64,000 bases of DNA from an uncultured Chthonomonadaceae bacterium (GTDB lineage: Bacteria > Armatimonadota > Chthonomonadetes > Chthonomonadales > Chthonomonadaceae): assembly GCA_963817895.1 (NCBI GenBank), contig CAWFQB010000006.1, positions 256,001 through 320,000 on the forward strand, written 5' to 3'. A program made the position numbers and the translations under genes. The notes beneath the pieces are model-generated. The model had not been told where the DNA came from, made no database searches, and worked only from the letters and a program-made list of their open reading frames with translations. Position 1 is the first letter of the stretch. Every line of letters begins with the position of its first letter. Positions 60,766-64,000 of the stretch are shown piece by piece.

Positions 60766-61643
60766 CGCCCATTATGGAACAAAACATCCAACAGCACAAA
60801 TACAAACAGACTGACGCTGACCCAGCCGTTCAGGGTGAAAAAGGCCAGATTGATACGGGAAAGATCGTTGGGTTTGACAAGGCTTTGTTCCCATGCGATA
60901 AGAGCGGCGGCGATCCCGATGCCGATGAAAGCAAGCAGATGCAGGCCGGAAAGAACGGCAACCACAATCAGCAGGCTGATGGCGGCAAGGTGCATCAGGC
61001 GCGAGACTAGCAGGGCATTGGCTTTGCCTAACCGCTTGGGAAGCGAAAACAGGGAAGAGTTGCAGTCGTAATCGTAATCCTGAAGCGCGTAAATGATGTC
61101 GAAGCCGCCAATCCACAGCATCACGGTTGCGCCGAGCAGAAGCGGAACCGTGTCGAGCCGTCCCATGACGGCAATCCACGCGCCGATAGGGGCAATGCCG
61201 ATGGCGAAGCCGAGAAACAGGTGACACAGACTGGTAAAGCGTTTGGTGTAGGAGTAGCCAAGCACGGCGAAAAGGGCAATCGGTGACAGCAGCAGGCAAA
61301 GCGGATTCAGTTTCCACGCGGCGAATTCAAAAAGGCCGATGCTGATAGCCAGAAACGCCCACACCTGCCCGGGTGACAGGAGGCCGGCGGGAATATGGCG
61401 CGTAGCGGTGCGCGGATTGGCGCGGTCAATCTCTGCATCGGCAAGACGATTGAAGGCCATCGCCGCGCTCCGCGCCCCGACCATAGCCACAATAATCCAC
61501 AGCAGCGTACCGGCCTGCAAGCCGTTCAGGGCATGTCGCGCCGCCAGCAAAGCCGCAATCAGCGCGAACGGCATGGCGAATATCGTATGCTCGAACTTCA
61601 CCATGTCCAGAACCATGCGGGTTTTTTTCCAGACGCCGACCAT
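60762..61643 (-). CDS. UbiA-family polyprenyltransferase (MqnP type)
   Basis: VKFEHTIFAMPF, ARSAAMAFNRLAD..ID..NPRT, YSYTKRF and GFDIIYALQD. Confidence 0.92.
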   Translation of the reverse strand: MVGVWKKTRMVLDMVKFEHTIFAMPFALIAALLAARHALNGLQAGTLLWIIVAMVGARSAAMAFNRLADAEIDRANPRTATRHIPAGLLSPGQVWAFLAISIGLFEFAAWKLNPLCLLLSPIALFAVLGYSYTKRFTSLCHLFLGFAIGIAPIGAWIAVMGRLDTVPLLLGATVMLWIGGFDIIYALQDYDYDCNSSLFSLPKRLGKANALLVSRLMHLAAISLLIVVAVLSGLHLLAFIGIGIAAALIAWEQSLVKPNDLSRINLAFFTLNGWVSVSLFVFVLLDVLFHNGR

Positions 61644-62269
61644 TACCGCTCCTCATCATATTGCCATTGTGGAGTAAGCTGTTGTTCGATGCCCAACTGC
61701 TGCAAGATGCGAGCCACGAGAAAATCTACAAGGTCGTCAATGGTTTGCGGCTTGTGGTAGAAACCGGGCGCGGCGGGCAGAATGGTGGCTCCGGCTTCGG
61801 CAAGCTGCGTCATGTTGCGCAAATGCACCAGGTTCCAGGGCGTTTCGCGCGGAACCAGAATCAGCGGGCGGCGTTCCTTCAGGCACACATCAGCAGAACG
61901 GGTAATCAGGTCGTCGCTGATGCCGTGCGCGATACGGGCGGCGGTTCCCATCGAACACGGCACAATCACCATGCCATCATGCCGAAACGACCCGCTGGCG
62001 GGCGGCGAAAAGTAGTCTTTCTTATTCACAATCCGAATCACGTCACTGTCAAAGCCGAGCAAGGATTTCGCCGTTACGCTTTGCGCCGTAATGCCGCGTC
62101 CCGTTTCCACGCCGATCACCTGATACGCCTGATCCGAAAGCGCGACATAAATTTCCGAATAGTGACGAACGGCTTCCTGCAAAAAGCGCAGCGCATACGG
62201 CGCTCCACTCGCCCCCGTAATGGCAACCACCAATCTTCCGGTACTCGCTCTATTTGTCGCAACAGGCAT
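61643..62269 (-). CDS. ubiX: Flavin prenyltransferase UbiX
   Basis: AITGASG, ASGS, VPCSMGT, RSADVCLKE, PRETP and PGFY. Confidence 0.95.
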   Translation of the reverse strand: MPVATNRASTGRLVVAITGASGAPYALRFLQEAVRHYSEIYVALSDQAYQVIGVETGRGITAQSVTAKSLLGFDSDVIRIVNKKDYFSPPASGSFRHDGMVIVPCSMGTAARIAHGISDDLITRSADVCLKERRPLILVPRETPWNLVHLRNMTQLAEAGATILPAAPGFYHKPQTIDDLVDFLVARILQQLGIEQQLTPQWQYDEER

Positions 62270-62293
62270 AAAGTTAAAACCAATCACCAACCA

Positions 62294-62992
62294 CTAACCA
62301 CCAGCCACCAAGTTCGTCGCTGTCCAGAAGCGGGCGCAGGGCGGGCAGCAGCAGAAGTAGGGGCCGCGCGTTCGCGTGGGCAGGGTTTGCGCCTGACAGC
62401 CTAAGAACTGTCGAACCACGCGCATACCGTTGGGCTGCATCATCAGGGCTTCCAGCCCTTCGCGCAATAAAATGGTATCGTGCGGTTGCAGGTTGCGCTC
62501 ACAGTCCTGCCGCGTAAACAGGGCGCGGCTTAATATGATACCTGCCGGGTCGCGGCGTATCGGGTCGAGAGCGCGAACGGCTCCCGCGTACATCGCCATA
62601 TAGGTGTGCGGGTGCGGATAGTGGCGACCGGGCAACTGCGCCGTGCATTGAATTTTCATTGCGGCGAACAGGGTATAGTTCGGTTGCATATATGCGCAGG
62701 CTTCTTCGTACACTTCGCGGGCAAGGGCTTCGTCTCGCGTCTCCCCGGCTTCCAGACGCCCGCCCGGAAAGCCGAAGATGCCTTTGCGGTCACACACGAC
62801 AAGAACCCGCCCACCGTGAAAGGCGACGATATGCACAGATGTTGTCGGCGCGTCGTCCGGCAACTCGGCGCAACGAAAGGCCGTCAGGCGGACAGGTTGC
62901 GCGCCCCAGTGCATGGCGACATCGAACAATAGATTGCCGCAAATGTCGAAAAATGCGGTATGCGGTTGTTGCGTTGGATCATCCTCTCCCAC
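62294..62992 (-). CDS. Nudix hydrolase
   Basis: Nudix box GRLEAGETRDEALAREVYEEAC. Start and extreme C-terminus uncertain. Confidence 0.85.
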   Translation of the reverse strand: MGEDDPTQQPHTAFFDICGNLLFDVAMHWGAQPVRLTAFRCAELPDDAPTTSVHIVAFHGGRVLVVCDRKGIFGFPGGRLEAGETRDEALAREVYEEACAYMQPNYTLFAAMKIQCTAQLPGRHYPHPHTYMAMYAGAVRALDPIRRDPAGIILSRALFTRQDCERNLQPHDTILLREGLEALMMQPNGMRVVRQFLGCQAQTLPTRTRGPYFCCCPPCARFWTATNLVAGG

Positions 62993-63046
62993 GATGTTGC
63001 TCCAGACTACGCGAGGATCGTATACTGTTTAGATAGGTTCTCTTCT

Positions 63047-63055
63047 ATTGTACCA
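63047..63055 (-). promoter_or_regulatory. Possible extended -10 promoter for Nudix-ubiX-mqnP-mqnA
   Basis: Minus strand TGGTACAAT (TGn-TACAAT) ~55 nt upstream of the Nudix ORF. Confidence 0.4.
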
Positions 63056-63114
63056 AACAAAACTCCATCCGGCAAACGGTCGCTACATCGCGCAATTCTG
63101 CCGCAAACATGTAG

Positions 63115-63255
63115 AACTATTCACCACCAAGTCACCAGGAACACCAAGTAAAGAATAACAGGAAAGATAGCCGCAAATCTACAATGCAAAAACACAAACT
63201 CCGCATCTGACAATTTCTCTTCTTGGTGTTCCTGGCGTCTTGGTGGTGAATAGTT
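63115..63255. repeat. Nonamer-repeat inverted element (CACCAAG family)
   Basis: 34-bp IR AACTATTCACCACCAAG...GAACACCAAG, 32/34 matched, adjacent to the ubiD-like stop. Confidence 0.85.
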
Positions 63256-64000
63256 TAGATTCCTAATTTACTCCACATGGCATCAACCCGCGCTTTTACT
63301 TCGGGGGTCATGGTGATGACGTCGGGCCACTCGCGGTCGAAACCTTCGGCGGGCAGTTTGCGGGTGCAGTCGAAGCCGATTTTAGAGCCGAAACCGAGGG
63401 AACGGCTGGCGTGGTCGAGAACGTCAACCGGGCCGCGCACAAGCTGCATGTCGCGTTCGGGGTCAATGTTGTTGCCCAATCGCCATAAACACTCCTTTAC
63501 GTTCTGTACATCTACATCGGCATCAAACACAAAAATCATTTTCGTAAACATTGCCTGTCCCAATCCCCACAGGGCATGCATCACTTTGAAGGCGTGGCCG
63601 GGATAGCGCTTTTTAATGGAAATCAGAGCGATGTTGTGGAAAATTCCCTCGACGGGCAGGTTCATATCTACCACTTCCGGCAGGGTCAGGCGCAGCAGGG
63701 GCAGGAACAGTCGCTCTGTCGCTTTGCCTAACCAGCCGTCCTCCATCGGTGGGGGACCGACAATGGTGCAGGGATAAACCGGATTGCGCCTGTGCGTAAT
63801 CGCCGTGACATGAACAACCGGGTACATGTCGGCAAGGGAGTAGTAGCCCGTATGGTCGCCGAATGGCCCTTCCATGCGGCGCTCGGTCGGGTCAATCTGT
63901 CCTTCAATCACGAACTCGGCGTCTTCGGGAACTTCGAGGTCTACGGTTTTGGCTTTTACCAGATGCACGGGACTTTTACGCAGAAAGCCCGCGAACAGCA
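63255..64000 (-). CDS. UbiD-family prFMN-dependent decarboxylase (menaquinone type), 5' end outside the window
   Basis: AEFVIEG, EGPFGDHTGYY, GPPPMED and LDHAS...GSKIGFDCT. Confidence 0.93.
   Translation of the reverse strand, partial: LFAGFLRKSPVHLVKAKTVDLEVPEDAEFVIEGQIDPTERRMEGPFGDHTGYYSLADMYPVVHVTAITHRRNPVYPCTIVGPPPMEDGWLGKATERLFLPLLRLTLPEVVDMNLPVEGIFHNIALISIKKRYPGHAFKVMHALWGLGQAMFTKMIFVFDADVDVQNVKECLWRLGNNIDPERDMQLVRGPVDVLDHASRSLGFGSKIGFDCTRKLPAEGFDREWPDVITMTPEVKARVDAMWSKLGI

Overview
A GC-rich bacterial chromosomal window from a probable diderm. Armatimonadota-like ancestry is my inference from gene content and protein style, not a demonstrated result. Housekeeping genes are recO, argH, pyrF, tsaE, tsaB and a futalosine-pathway menaquinone cluster (ubiD-like, Nudix, ubiX, ubiA/mqnP-like, mqnA). 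These are mixed with many carbohydrate-active or secreted proteins, two vWA proteins, a DUF1800-DUF1501 pair, an orphan wzm/wzt ABC exporter and scattered immunity-like genes with an RHS-core remnant. About ten genes are split by frameshifts, which most simply reflect long-read indel errors. I found no rRNA, tRNA, CRISPR array or integrase. The most striking feature is a dense population of bipartite short-period (7-9 nt) tandem-repeat elements. Between genes they form near-perfect 28-34 bp inverted repeats whose unit sequences differ from site to site. The same kind of module also sits in frame inside conserved proteins (UPF0182, an M28 peptidase, a glycosidase-like protein), but there the two arms do not match each other. 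Other candidates include a structured, possibly pseudoknotted RNA at ~44.6-44.8 kb, a glycosidase-like protein with RNase E-like Arg-rich arms, a Nudix gene placed where it could feed prFMN synthesis, a pseudo-receiver/HisKA-only protein, and an IS1031-like MITE carrying REP cargo.
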